NCBI GenBank assembly: GCA_963697385.1
Contig: CAVONU010000006.1
Coordinates: 279,934-343,933, forward strand
DNA: 64,000 nt
Direction of reading: 5' to 3'
DNA from: an uncultured Acidimicrobiales bacterium
GTDB lineage: Bacteria > Actinomycetota > Acidimicrobiia > Acidimicrobiales > CAWCAL01
Shown: one piece after another, positions 47,163 through 57,286 of the stretch
How the letters are laid out: every line of letters starts with the position of its first letter
How positions within the stretch are numbered: the first letter of the stretch is position 1
Translations under genes and position numbers: made by a program
The notes under the pieces: model-generated
Database searches by the model: none
What the model saw: the letters and a program-made list of their open reading frames with translations, nothing else
What the model was told of the DNA's origin: nothing

Positions 47163-47876
47163 TCACCGGGTGTCGAACAGCCGCTCGACCACCACGTCGG
47201 CAGCATCCTCGGTGGATCCCTCCCACGTCACCGAGCCGCGATCGAGCAGCACGGCGCGATCGCAGAGCGCCAGCGCAGGGCCGACGTGCTGCTCGACGAT
47301 GAGCAGGGTGGTGCCCGCCGACCGGATGGTCCCGAGCGTGGCGTACACCTCGTCGACGATCAGCGGCGCCAGGCCCAACGAGAGTTCGTCGGCGATCAGG
47401 ACCTTGGGCGACTCGACCAGGACCCTCGCCAGCGACAGGATGCGCTGCTCGCCGCCGGACAGGGTGCCGGCGAGCTGTGATCGACGCTTGCCCAGCAGCG
47501 GGAACAGGTCGAAGGCCCGCTCCAGCCCGGAGGTGACCTGTCCACGTCCCAGACTCTCCCGGAAGGAAAGGGTGAGGTTCTCCTCGACCGTGAAGGTGGC
47601 GAACACCGAGCGACCTTCCGGCGCGTGGGCCACGCCGGCGCGTGAGAAGCGGTGGGTCGGCTGTCGGGTGAGGTCCTCGCCGTCGAGGAGCACCGAACCC
47701 GCCGTCGGTTCGACGAGTCCGGAGGCGACCCGGGCCACGGTCGTCTTCCCGACCCCGTTCGGTCCCAGCAGGGCCACCGCCTCGCCGGGATCGACGACGA
47801 GCGACACGCCGAACAGCGCCCGGAACGGACCGTACGAGGCGTGGACGGCGCGGAGCTCCAGCATCGGGGTCGTCAC
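47163..47876 (-). CDS. ABC transporter ATPase, LivF-like
   Basis: GPNGVGKTT, PEGRSVF, LSGGEQ, DELSLGLAP, IVEQ. Confidence 0.92.
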   Translation of the reverse strand: MTTPMLELRAVHASYGPFRALFGVSLVVDPGEAVALLGPNGVGKTTVARVASGLVEPTAGSVLLDGEDLTRQPTHRFSRAGVAHAPEGRSVFATFTVEENLTLSFRESLGRGQVTSGLERAFDLFPLLGKRRSQLAGTLSGGEQRILSLARVLVESPKVLIADELSLGLAPLIVDEVYATLGTIRSAGTTLLIVEQHVGPALALCDRAVLLDRGSVTWEGSTEDAADVVVERLFDTR

Positions 47877-48658
47877 GAGTCCACTCCGCCGTGTTCGTCT
47901 TCCATGTCACCGAGGTACGCCTGGCGGACCACCGGGTCGTCCAGTACCTGCCGGGTCGGGCCCGACGCGATGTTCTGCCCGAAGTCGAGGACGTAGCTCC
48001 GTTCGGTGAAGTCGGTGACCAGTTCGACGTCGTGCTCGACGAGCAGGATCGCGAATCCTCGCTCCTTCTGAACCGACCGCAGCGTGGCCACCAGCGCCCC
48101 TGTCTCGGCTCGATCGAGCCCCGAGGACGGCTCGTCGAGAAGGAGCAGCTTGGGTTCGGTCATCAGCGCTCGCCCCACCTCGACCATGCGGCCACTGCCC
48201 AGGCTGAGACTCTCGATGGGAGCGTCGCCCAGGTCGCCGAGACCGAGGAGCCCCAGGACCTCGTCGGCTCGATCGATCTCGTTCCGGGTGGGCCGGCCCT
48301 GCCCCGCCAGGTCCCTCCAGAACGAGCCGGTCCCGTTCCGGATTCGTTCTGCGATCAGCAGGTGCTCCCGCACGGTGGTGTCGGAGAACAGCTCGATCCG
48401 CTGGAAGGTCCGCCCGATCCCGGCCCGAGCGCGGCGATGAACGGGCAGGGTGGTGATGTCACGGCCCTCGAAGATGATCCCGCCCGAGGTCAGCGGGATG
48501 ACACCCAGGAGGCAGTTGAACAACGTCGTCTTTCCGGCGCCGTTGGGCCCGATGAGCCCGACTCGCTCGCCCTCGGCCACCGACAGGCTGACATCGCGCA
48601 GCGCACTGATGCCGTCGAAGGTCTTGGTGGCGCTCGTGACCTCGAGGAGCCGGCTCAC
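47873..48658 (-). CDS. ABC transporter ATPase, LivG-like
   Basis: GPNGAGKTT, RTFQ, LLDEPSSGL, LVEHD, AYLG. Confidence 0.92.
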   Translation of the reverse strand: MSRLLEVTSATKTFDGISALRDVSLSVAEGERVGLIGPNGAGKTTLFNCLLGVIPLTSGGIIFEGRDITTLPVHRRARAGIGRTFQRIELFSDTTVREHLLIAERIRNGTGSFWRDLAGQGRPTRNEIDRADEVLGLLGLGDLGDAPIESLSLGSGRMVEVGRALMTEPKLLLLDEPSSGLDRAETGALVATLRSVQKERGFAILLVEHDVELVTDFTERSYVLDFGQNIASGPTRQVLDDPVVRQAYLGDMEDEHGGVDS

Positions 48659-50754
48659 GGGTCCCCGTCCTGCGGACGGGCCGCGTCGGCCCCCGGCGAG
48701 ACGCTGCGTTCGTCGTCCGACGGCCGTGCCGACCGCTGCTCGAGCCGGGCGTCGACCCGCGCCGTGGCTCGCCGTTTCGAGTACTCGAGCACGCCCTCGG
48801 GATGGCGAGCGAACTGGATCGCGGTCAGACCGAACAGCACGAGCCGCCACTTGGGCGAGATCGGGAAGATGCCGGGGATGCGGTCCGCATCGCGCAGGAT
48901 CCAGCCGATCAGTGTGCCCCGCAGGATGAGGTTGTCGAACAACGAGAACGCGGCGCCGGCCTGAGCTGCTCCCTCGATGGTGCGCACGCTGAGACTCACG
49001 ACCAGCACGAGCCAGAACAGAGCGGCCACCGGGCTGAAGTTGTTGGCGTAGTTGACGTTCTCCTGGTGGATCGACAGCATCGCTCCCCCGAGGCCGGCGA
49101 TGAAGGCTGACACGGCGAAGGCGATGATGCGGGCGCGGGCCGGTGCGATGCCGATCGACTGCGCGGCCACCTCGCTGCCCTGGAGGGCGCGAAGGGTGCG
49201 CCCGATGGTGCCCTCGCGGAGCTGCACGACCACGGCGGACACCATGACGAACACGAAGATCGCCAGGGCGAGGAACGCCTTGTCGTCGGAGAAGTCCCAC
49301 GGCCCCAGCACCGGCCGGGGCACCCGCGTGCCCGACAGCAACGCCGTCTCGCCCCCGCCGACCCAGGAGAACTTCACCAGAACGGCGTCGAAGAAGAACG
49401 CGAAGGCCAGCGTGGCGATGGCCAGCCATACGCCACCCAGTCGCAGCACGGGCAGGGAGATCAGAGCGCCAACAGCGGCTGCGATGCACGCGCCGATCAG
49501 CATGCCGGCGATCACGGAGACCTCGTAGCGGTCGGCCAGCTGGAACACGGCGAATCCGCCGATCGCCGCGAACGTGCCCTGGGCCAGGGAGATCTGTCCG
49601 GCAAAGCCGGTGATCACGGTGATCGAGAGGAAGATCGTCGACATGATGACCGCCTGGGTCACGAGGAACATCCACAGCTGGTCGGCCTGCAAGAAGACGA
49701 GCGCGCCGACCACCGAAAGGAAGACGATCCCGAAGATCCGAGTCGCGATGGTCAGCGCCGGGCTCCGGGATGCGCCGATCAGGCCCGGCGGGGGTGGGTC
49801 GATGTTGGCCATGGGGTCGACGGCTTCGGTCGACCGCCCGATCCCCGGCCACAACGTGAAGACACCGAAGAGGACGAGGAACGGGATCGCCGGCGTGAGG
49901 TTGTCGCGAAACGGTTCCAGCCACGGCAGCGCGTCGGCCCAGCGGGGCAGGAAGGTGTTGAACAGGGAGATGAAGATGCCCAGGCCCAGGCCTCCGATCA
50001 GCGCCCTGGGCAGACTGACCAGGCCACCGATCGCAGCGGCGGCCACCGCCACCACGACGAGCGCGAAGAAGTCGGGCGCGACCAGCGTGTTGAGGCCGGG
50101 AGCGATCAGCACCCCGGCCAGGCCCGCGAACATGCTGGACAGGGCCCAGGCGAAGGCCGACACCCGATTCGAGTCGATCCGGTTGAGTTCGGCCATGCGC
50201 GGGCTCTCGACCACCGCCCGCATCGCCAGTCCGAGTGACGAGAACCGGAACAGCAGCCCCAACCCGACCATCGCCACCACGGCCACCACCATCTGGGTCA
50301 GCTCGTCGCGACTGAACGGATAGACGCCGAACGGGTCGTAGAAGACGGCGGCGCCGTCGGGCAGGATGCCCTGCGGCGTGACGCCGGCCACGGCGTTGAA
50401 GTCGGCCAGCAGGTCGAACATCGCGGGGAGCGCAACGGTGAGGCCGATGGCCACGACCAGTTTCGACACGGCACTGGAGGTCCGCAGGTGCCGGAAGATC
50501 AGCCGCTCGAGCAGCAGGCCGATGACTGGCGCGACGATGACGACCGACAGGACGAACGCGGGGACGACCGACCATCCCCACTCGGTGCGGGCCTTGAAGT
50601 ACATCGCCGCCGAGATGTAGGCCTGGGCGCCGAACGCCAGGTTGAAGACACCCGAGGTCTTGTAGGTGAGGACGAACCCGAGCGCGATCAGGGCGTAGAC
50701 GGTGCCGGGCGGCAGTCCTTGGAGGATGGCCCGGAAGATGTCCTCGATGACCAC
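48655..50754 (-). CDS. Fused LivH-LivM type ABC permease
   Basis: YALIALG...SGVFNLAFG N-half; TGFAGQISLAQ C-half; many hydrophobic helices. Confidence 0.9.
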   Translation of the reverse strand: MVIEDIFRAILQGLPPGTVYALIALGFVLTYKTSGVFNLAFGAQAYISAAMYFKARTEWGWSVVPAFVLSVVIVAPVIGLLLERLIFRHLRTSSAVSKLVVAIGLTVALPAMFDLLADFNAVAGVTPQGILPDGAAVFYDPFGVYPFSRDELTQMVVAVVAMVGLGLLFRFSSLGLAMRAVVESPRMAELNRIDSNRVSAFAWALSSMFAGLAGVLIAPGLNTLVAPDFFALVVVAVAAAAIGGLVSLPRALIGGLGLGIFISLFNTFLPRWADALPWLEPFRDNLTPAIPFLVLFGVFTLWPGIGRSTEAVDPMANIDPPPPGLIGASRSPALTIATRIFGIVFLSVVGALVFLQADQLWMFLVTQAVIMSTIFLSITVITGFAGQISLAQGTFAAIGGFAVFQLADRYEVSVIAGMLIGACIAAAVGALISLPVLRLGGVWLAIATLAFAFFFDAVLVKFSWVGGGETALLSGTRVPRPVLGPWDFSDDKAFLALAIFVFVMVSAVVVQLREGTIGRTLRALQGSEVAAQSIGIAPARARIIAFAVSAFIAGLGGAMLSIHQENVNYANNFSPVAALFWLVLVVSLSVRTIEGAAQAGAAFSLFDNLILRGTLIGWILRDADRIPGIFPISPKWRLVLFGLTAIQFARHPEGVLEYSKRRATARVDARLEQRSARPSDDERSVSPGADAARPQDGDP

Positions 50755-50781
50755 GGTGTCGTCCTACCCGGCCCGGGCCGC

Positions 50782-52221
50782 TCAGTCTTCCTCGAAGGCC
50801 ACGTACTCCACCTCGGTCCACTCCAGGGTCGAGTTGTCCCAACACAGGAACGGGGTGGCCGGATCGGCCACCGTCTCGAACCGACCGTTCACCACCTGGA
50901 CCGGTGCCGCACACTGCTGGGCTCCGGGTGCTCCCGGCTCACCTTTGACCAGGGGTTGGTGTCCCGGTCCGGTCCAGTCGATCGGAGCGATGAGGCCCCC
51001 GGCGTCGTAGTCGGAGACGGTGTTGAACGCGTCGATCACCGACTGACGGTCGAAGTCCGGACCGGCGGCGAGGAGCGCGCTGTACGCCTCGTCCGCGTTG
51101 ATGAACCCGACCATCGCCAGCTCGGTCGGCTCCTTGCCCTCGGCGGTCATGAATTCCATGAACGTCGCCTGGAGCTCGTTGCCGGTGTCGGCTTCGAAGG
51201 GGAGGAACTGCGCCGTGATGTAGTCGCCCTCGAAGATGTCGCCCGCCGCGGTCACGAAGTCCTGGTTGTAGGTGTTCGGGTGGATCATGACCACGTCGTC
51301 CATCCCCTGCCGTTGGAGCTCCTCGCCGAGCGTCTTCATCCCGTTGAGGTCGAGACAGCTGGTCACGAACTCGACCCCGGCGTCCTTCATCGCGGTGACT
51401 TCCGGCGCGATCCCGTTGGGCAGGCCGAAGCCCAGCTCGTCGTTGAAGTAGACGACCTCGACCCCGCCGATGTCGTCGGCGTAGAGCTCGATCGAGTCCT
51501 TCAGGGACGAGGTGCAGGCCTTGGAGGGCTCGCTGGACCCGTAGCCGACCGCGGCCACCCTGGTCGCCCCGCTCTGCCCGATGAGGAATGGCACGGCCCG
51601 TTGCGTGCAGTCGCCACAGAGTGCCGTAAGGCTTCCGAAGATGCCCGTGCGACCGGCCTTCTCGGTGGCGTGGATGTTCCAGATGAACGTCGGGACGCCC
51701 GCCGCGTCCAGATCGGCGAATCCGCTCGCGAGGAGCGAAGCGTCGAAGACACCGAATGCCTCCTCGCTCGAGATCACGTCGATGGCGCGCACCTGGTTCT
51801 GCCCCAGCTCGTCATCCAGGACGTCACCCAGCACCAGGTCGCGGCCGTAGATACCGCCTTCGGAGTTCCGGAAGTCGAAGTACGCCTGGATGCCGTCCAC
51901 ATAACAGTCGAGGATGCAGGTCCCCAGGGGATTGTTGGCCTTGGTGCCGATGACCGCGAAGGTGAGCTCGTCGTCGCTCACCCCGGGGACCCCGGAGATG
52001 GCGACGAACGTGTCGCGCTGATCGGTCGACCCGTCGTCGCTCGTGTCCGCCGTCGCCACCGATTCGGTGTCGGCGCTGTCGGCGGTGTCCGCGCTGTCAT
52101 CGGTGGTTGCGGTGTCGGCGGTGCCGCTGTCGTCCGAGGCGGTCGAGTCGCCCGAGTTGCCGCACGACGCTGCGAGCAGCCCGGCCAGCGCCAGCGTCAG
52201 TAACCACCTGTGCTTGCCCAT
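50782..52221 (-). CDS. ABC substrate-binding lipoprotein (LivJ/K-like)
   Basis: Lipobox LAASC, Asp/Thr/Ser-rich linker, NSEGGIYGR motif; heads the ABC operon. Confidence 0.88.
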   Translation of the reverse strand: MGKHRWLLTLALAGLLAASCGNSGDSTASDDSGTADTATTDDSADTADSADTESVATADTSDDGSTDQRDTFVAISGVPGVSDDELTFAVIGTKANNPLGTCILDCYVDGIQAYFDFRNSEGGIYGRDLVLGDVLDDELGQNQVRAIDVISSEEAFGVFDASLLASGFADLDAAGVPTFIWNIHATEKAGRTGIFGSLTALCGDCTQRAVPFLIGQSGATRVAAVGYGSSEPSKACTSSLKDSIELYADDIGGVEVVYFNDELGFGLPNGIAPEVTAMKDAGVEFVTSCLDLNGMKTLGEELQRQGMDDVVMIHPNTYNQDFVTAAGDIFEGDYITAQFLPFEADTGNELQATFMEFMTAEGKEPTELAMVGFINADEAYSALLAAGPDFDRQSVIDAFNTVSDYDAGGLIAPIDWTGPGHQPLVKGEPGAPGAQQCAAPVQVVNGRFETVADPATPFLCWDNSTLEWTEVEYVAFEED

Positions 52222-52261
52222 CGGTCCCCCCGGATCGTTCAGCAGTGGACCGGACAGTACA

Positions 52262-52275
52262 TGACGCGGTTGTCA
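52262..52275. promoter_or_regulatory. Putative operator TGAC-GCGGTT-GTCA
   Basis: Perfect motif next to the minus-strand -10 TACTGT of the ABC operon. Confidence 0.75.
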
Positions 52276-52340
52276 GTAACCTGGCGTTCAGGGGAGGACT
52301 GCCGCGCCGACGGGTGCCGGTTCGGAACGAGAGGAACCAG

Positions 52341-53317
52341 ATGAGCACCGACCGCGACGTCGAGCTCGCAGAGGACTACCGCCTCGAGCTGCGGTCCTGG
52401 CTCGGGCGGAGCTTCACGTCGGACGTCGCGGCGGCACTCGGTGATCAGCAGAGAGCTGACGGGTTCGAGGCCCACCGGGGTTGGAACGCGAGGCTCTTCG
52501 ATGCCGGGCACGGCGCGGTCGCGTGGCCGGCCCGGTACGGCGGTCGCGATGCCGGGATCCACCAGCAGCTGGCCGGCCACGAGGAGATGGCGCGTGTGGG
52601 AGCGCCGGGGCCCGTCAACGCCATCGGTGTGGCCAACATCGCTCCCGCGATCATGGCGTTCGATACCGACCTCCAGAAGGAACGGTTCCTCCGCCCCATG
52701 CTGCGCGGCGACGAGATCTGGAGTCAGGGGATGTCCGAGCCCGAGGCGGGATCGGACCTCGCCTCGTTGCGGTGCCGCGCCGTCCTCGACGGCGATCACT
52801 TCGTCATGCCCGAGTGCCGGCCACGGCGGTCCTCGGGACGGTCCATGCTGGATGGTCGGTGGCCACCAACACGTTGAGCAACGAGCGCGCCGGGGTGGCC
52901 GGCCTCTACCTCCAGACCCGCCGGACCTTCGACCGCCTGGTGGATGCGGCCGAGGAACTGCGACCGGACGGGTCGAGACCGATCGACGACCCGGTCAGTC
53001 GCGACCGGCTGATGGTGTGCTTCCAGGACGTCCGCAATCTGGAGTTCCTGGCCAGGCGGATGCTCGGCAGTGCGATCAGTGGCCGAGCACCGGGAGCGGA
53101 GGGAAGCGTGGTGAAGCTGGCCTGGTCCCTGACTGGCCAACGACTGGCCGAGACCGCGGTCGCCGTGCTCGGGCCGGACGCGCTCGCCGGCCCGTGGGGC
53201 GACACGCTGCTGTCCTCGGTCTCGCTCTCGATCGCCGGCGGCACCACCGAGGTCAACAAGAACATCATCGGCGAGCGCGTCCTGCAGCTCCCGCGCGAGC
53301 CCCGGCCCACCGGCTGA
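52341..53317 (+). pseudogene. Acyl-CoA dehydrogenase with internal deletion and frameshift near 52806
   Basis: One frame carries GMSEPEAGSDLASL...DGDHFV; another resumes ARVP...GW...NER...IAGGTTEVNKN; the NGQK...NEVFF segment is absent. Confidence 0.8.
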
Positions 53318-53334
53318 CGGTCCGGAACCGTGCC

Positions 53335-54552
53335 TCAGAGGATGGCACCCGATTCCTTGAGCTCGGCGAGACGGTCCCAGTCGTAGCCGGCGTCGATGAG
53401 CGCCAGCTCGGTGTGTTCGCCGTGCTCGGGACAACGGGTCATCTCCACCGTCGCCTCGTCGAACTGGGCCGGGCTCGCCACCAGCTGTACCTCCTGGCCG
53501 TTGCTCGCGGTGATCGACGGGAGGTAGCCGTTGGCCACCACCTGGGGGTCCTCGTAGAGCTCGTCCAGGGTCTGGAACGGTGTCCACACACCGGCGAAGT
53601 CGTCCAGGACCGTCTTCCAGTGCGACAGGGGATGGGCGCCGAACGCTTCGTCCAGCGCGGCGATGCACTCGACCTTGTTCTCGGTCCGAGCCGCCGCGTT
53701 CGCGTAGCGCGGATCGTCCGCCATCTCGGGCACTCCGAGCCGGGTGACGAGGTCGGTCCAGAACTTGTCGCTCTGCAGGAGGATCAGGCTGATGAAGCGA
53801 TCATCACTGGTGCGGTACGTGCCGACGACGGGGTTCGGTGCCTGCGTCCGGTCGCCCTGGGGGATCTTCGAGAATCCGAACAGCTTCGAGGCGACGACGA
53901 GCGGCGAGATCTGCCACATGGCGGTGGCCAGGAGTGAGACGTCCACCGTGCTGGTCTCGCCCGTTCGCTCCCGCTTGAACAGCGCGGCACCGATGGCACC
54001 CGCGACGGAGAGGCCACCCATGACGTCGCCGAACGCCGGCGCCGGCTGTCCTGGTGGCCACCCCTCCCGCTCGGGCATGACCGCGGCGACGCCACCGCGG
54101 GCCCAGAACGAAGCGCCGTCGAAGCCGCCCTTCTCGGCGTCGGGTCCCTTGGTGCCCTGTCCCGTTCCTCTGGCGATGATGATGTCGGGATTCCTGTCGC
54201 GGATGTCGTCGGTGTCGATGCGCAGCTTGCGACGGACCGCGGGCATGTAGTTGGTGAGGAAGACGTCGGCGGTCTCGACCAAGGTGAGCAGGGCCTCCCG
54301 ACCGTCGGGATGGGTGATGTCGATGGCCACGGAGCGTTTGCCGTGGTTGGGCTGTTCCATCATGAAGTTCACGCCTTCGGGGCCGCCCGGGATCAGCCCC
54401 GAGGTGACCAGGCCTCGCTGTGGATCACCGGTGGCCGGAGGTTCGATCTTGATCACATCGGCGCCCCAGTCGACCAGGACGGCCCCGGCCGAGGGCACGA
54501 ACATCCAGCTCGACACCTCGATCACCTTGATGCCGTCGAGTGGTCCTGCCAT
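53335..54552 (-). CDS. Family III CoA-transferase (CaiB/BaiF)
   Basis: GPLDGIKVIE, DWGADVIKIEP, NHGKRS, AFGD catalytic Asp, GEHT. Confidence 0.92.
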   Translation of the reverse strand: MAGPLDGIKVIEVSSWMFVPSAGAVLVDWGADVIKIEPPATGDPQRGLVTSGLIPGGPEGVNFMMEQPNHGKRSVAIDITHPDGREALLTLVETADVFLTNYMPAVRRKLRIDTDDIRDRNPDIIIARGTGQGTKGPDAEKGGFDGASFWARGGVAAVMPEREGWPPGQPAPAFGDVMGGLSVAGAIGAALFKRERTGETSTVDVSLLATAMWQISPLVVASKLFGFSKIPQGDRTQAPNPVVGTYRTSDDRFISLILLQSDKFWTDLVTRLGVPEMADDPRYANAAARTENKVECIAALDEAFGAHPLSHWKTVLDDFAGVWTPFQTLDELYEDPQVVANGYLPSITASNGQEVQLVASPAQFDEATVEMTRCPEHGEHTELALIDAGYDWDRLAELKESGAIL

Positions 54553-54597
54553 GTCATGGTCCTTTCGTGGTTCGGAGCGTTGGGATCGTCGGTTCGG

Positions 54598-56058
54598 TCA
54601 CTGCGGCCAGCCGACCGTCTTGGTCTCGGTGAAGATCTCGAGGCCCTCGATGCCGCACTGGCGGCCGATGCCCGACTGCTTGTATCCGCCGAAGGGGGCG
54701 TCCGCTCCGTACCAGATCCCCCCGTTCAGCCCGAGGGTGCCGGTGCGAACCCGCCCGGCCACCGCCTTGGCCCGATCGAGATCACCGGAGGTGATCATGC
54801 CCGACAGTCCGTACGGGCTGTCGTTGGCGATGCGGATGGCATCGTCGTCGTTCTCGTAGCCGATCATGCACAGGACGGGCCCGAAGATCTCCTCCTGGGC
54901 GATGGTCATCGAATTGTCGACGTCGGCGAAGAGGGTCGGCTCGACGTAGTACCCGGTTCCGAATCGGGGAGGAACACCGCCGCCGGTGACCAGCCGAGCG
55001 CCCTGCTGCCGGCCCTGCTCGATGTAGCCGAGCACCCGTTCCTGTTGGGCGCGCGAGACGAGAGGACCCATGAGATTCTCGTAGTCGGTGGGGTCCCCGT
55101 AGGGCACGTCCTGGAACGCCGCTTTCACGATCTCGACGGCCTCCCCGTAGTGCGCGTGGGGCACCAGCAGGCGGGTCGGGATCGCGCAGCCCTGGCCGGC
55201 GTGGAAGCACATGCCCGCCGCGGCGGGAAGCGTGGCCTCCATGTCGGCATCCTCCAGGACGAGATTGACCGACTTGCCGCCGAGCTCGAGGAACACCGGG
55301 GTGAGGGTGGCGGCCGCGGTCTGCATGATCCGCCGGCCGGTTGCCGTCGAGCCGGTGAAGGCGATCATGTCCACCTCGGGCGACGCGGTCAGGATCTCGC
55401 CCACCAGGTGGTCCTGCGAGACGACGACGTTGACGACACCCGCGGGGATGTCCGTGTGCTCAGCGATGAGTCGCCCGAGGCGGGTGGCATTCCACGGGGT
55501 GTCGGGCGCCGGCTTGAGGACGCAGGTGTTTCCCATCGCCAGGACCGGTCCGAGCTTGTTGAGGATGATCTCGATGGGGAAGTTCCAGGGCACGATCACA
55601 CCGACGACGCCGATGGCCTCCTTCCACACCTCGCGCTCGGTTGCCGTGCCCATGCCGAACGGATCCTTCGGGCCCAGCGAGCGCCGCCAGGCGAAGTGGT
55701 CGATCATCTCGGCCGGCCAGGTCAACGCCTCGCGCAGCGGTGCGTCGAGCTGGGGCCCGAGTGTGCTGAGGATCGGGCAACCGACCTCGGCGACCAACTC
55801 GGCGCGCAGCTCCTCCTGCTCGGCCTCGATGGCGGCCTGCAGCTGCAGGAGGCAGTGCTTGCGGAAGGCGTGGTCGACCGACCAGTCGGTGGTGTCGAAC
55901 GCCGAGCGGGCCGCGGAGATCGCGGCCGTCATGTCCCGGTCGGTCCCGTCGGCGACCTGGCCGAGGACCTCCTCGGTGGCCGGGTTGACGTTGTCGAAGA
56001 CGGCGCCGTTCTCTGCCGCGACCATGTCGCCTGCGATGAGCATGCGGACCTCGCCCAC
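54598..56058 (-). CDS. Aldehyde dehydrogenase
   Basis: PWNFP, FTGSTATG, LELGGKS, AGQGC, EEIFGPV. Confidence 0.95.
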   Translation of the reverse strand: MGEVRMLIAGDMVAAENGAVFDNVNPATEEVLGQVADGTDRDMTAAISAARSAFDTTDWSVDHAFRKHCLLQLQAAIEAEQEELRAELVAEVGCPILSTLGPQLDAPLREALTWPAEMIDHFAWRRSLGPKDPFGMGTATEREVWKEAIGVVGVIVPWNFPIEIILNKLGPVLAMGNTCVLKPAPDTPWNATRLGRLIAEHTDIPAGVVNVVVSQDHLVGEILTASPEVDMIAFTGSTATGRRIMQTAAATLTPVFLELGGKSVNLVLEDADMEATLPAAAGMCFHAGQGCAIPTRLLVPHAHYGEAVEIVKAAFQDVPYGDPTDYENLMGPLVSRAQQERVLGYIEQGRQQGARLVTGGGVPPRFGTGYYVEPTLFADVDNSMTIAQEEIFGPVLCMIGYENDDDAIRIANDSPYGLSGMITSGDLDRAKAVAGRVRTGTLGLNGGIWYGADAPFGGYKQSGIGRQCGIEGLEIFTETKTVGWPQ

Positions 56059-56107
56059 GGTCTCTCCTCCTCGTGCTCGGTGACGGGTCAGGTGCCGTGG
56101 ATCCGGC

Positions 56108-57286
56108 TCACGCGACGGCCCAGGTCAGCTCGAGGTTCTCGACCGAGCGCAGGCCGACCGAATAGAGCAGCTCGGTTCCGTCGGCCAGCGAATACTCCGG
56201 CACCGCTGCGTGCCACTCCTCGAGCGCGACGCGCAGCTCCATTCGGGCCAGATGTGAGCCCAGGCAGCGGTGCGCACCCCCGCCGAACGCCAGATGTTTG
56301 TTGCCCGTGCGGCCGAAGTCGACGGTGTCGGGCTCGGGCCAGGCCGCCTCGTCGGTGTTGCCCGATCCGAGCACCACGCGCACGGGGGTCCCCTTCTCGA
56401 TCGGGCATCCGTCCAGTTCGGTGTCCTCGGTGGTGATCCGGATCACTCCCTGCACCGGCGTCTCCCATCGCAACATCTCCTCGATGGCGTGCGGGATGAT
56501 CGCCGGGTCGTCGACCAGCGCTCGGCGGTGGTCCGGGTGCTGCGCGAGGAAGGCCAGCATGCAGTCGAGCGATGCGGTCACCGTGTCGAGCCCGGCCAGG
56601 AAGAACAGGTAGCCGATGTCGAGGATCTGATCGTGGGTCAGGGTGTGGCCGTCGACGTCGGCCTCGAGGAAGAGCGACATGAAGTCGTCGCGCGGCTCCT
56701 GGACCCGCTCCTCGAGCACCTCCTGCAGGATGGCGTAGATCTTGGCGCCGGTCGCGTCGACCATGCGGATCCGCTCGTCGGGATCGGTGGTGTCGGGGCG
56801 GATGATGCCGTCCTTGAGCACCAGGAACTCCTGGAGGCGCGACTCGGGCAGACCGAGCAGGCGAAGGAACACGGTGGTGGGGAGGGGTTCGGCGACGGCT
56901 TCGTGGAAGTTGCACCCACCCCGGTCGGCCACCGCGGCGGTGTACTCGCGCACCAGTTTGCGGGTGCTCGCCTCGAGGAGAGCCGCCTGCTTCGGAGCGA
57001 ACAGGGGGTCGAGGATGCGCCGGAAGTTCTTGTGCTCGGGTGGATCGATCTGCAGCGGGATGAGCGGTCGGACCTGGCCGATGTGCACCGCGTCGATACC
57101 GGACGAGAAGACGTCGGGGTGTTGCAGGACGTGACGGACCGCCTCGTCGCTGGCGATGAGCGCGTGGCCGTCGATCATCATCACCGACCCTGCCTGGCGC
57201 AGCCCGGCGTACAACTCCTGGGGATGGGCCAACGCATGGGGATCGAGCCCCGCCCCGCTCATCGGGTCGCCTTCCGTGTAGCTCAT
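56108..57286 (-). CDS. Cytochrome P450
   Basis: IDPPEH, AGLDTV, EEMLR, FGGGAHRCLG; ATGA overlap with the hydratase gene. Confidence 0.93.
   Translation of the reverse strand: MSYTEGDPMSGAGLDPHALAHPQELYAGLRQAGSVMMIDGHALIASDEAVRHVLQHPDVFSSGIDAVHIGQVRPLIPLQIDPPEHKNFRRILDPLFAPKQAALLEASTRKLVREYTAAVADRGGCNFHEAVAEPLPTTVFLRLLGLPESRLQEFLVLKDGIIRPDTTDPDERIRMVDATGAKIYAILQEVLEERVQEPRDDFMSLFLEADVDGHTLTHDQILDIGYLFFLAGLDTVTASLDCMLAFLAQHPDHRRALVDDPAIIPHAIEEMLRWETPVQGVIRITTEDTELDGCPIEKGTPVRVVLGSGNTDEAAWPEPDTVDFGRTGNKHLAFGGGAHRCLGSHLARMELRVALEEWHAAVPEYSLADGTELLYSVGLRSVENLELTWAVA

Noticed and set aside
52020-52160. Repetitive GTGTCGGCG/GTGTCCGC-like units
   Set aside because: They encode the low-complexity Asp/Thr/Ala linker of the lipoprotein; not a CRISPR or DNA-level repeat
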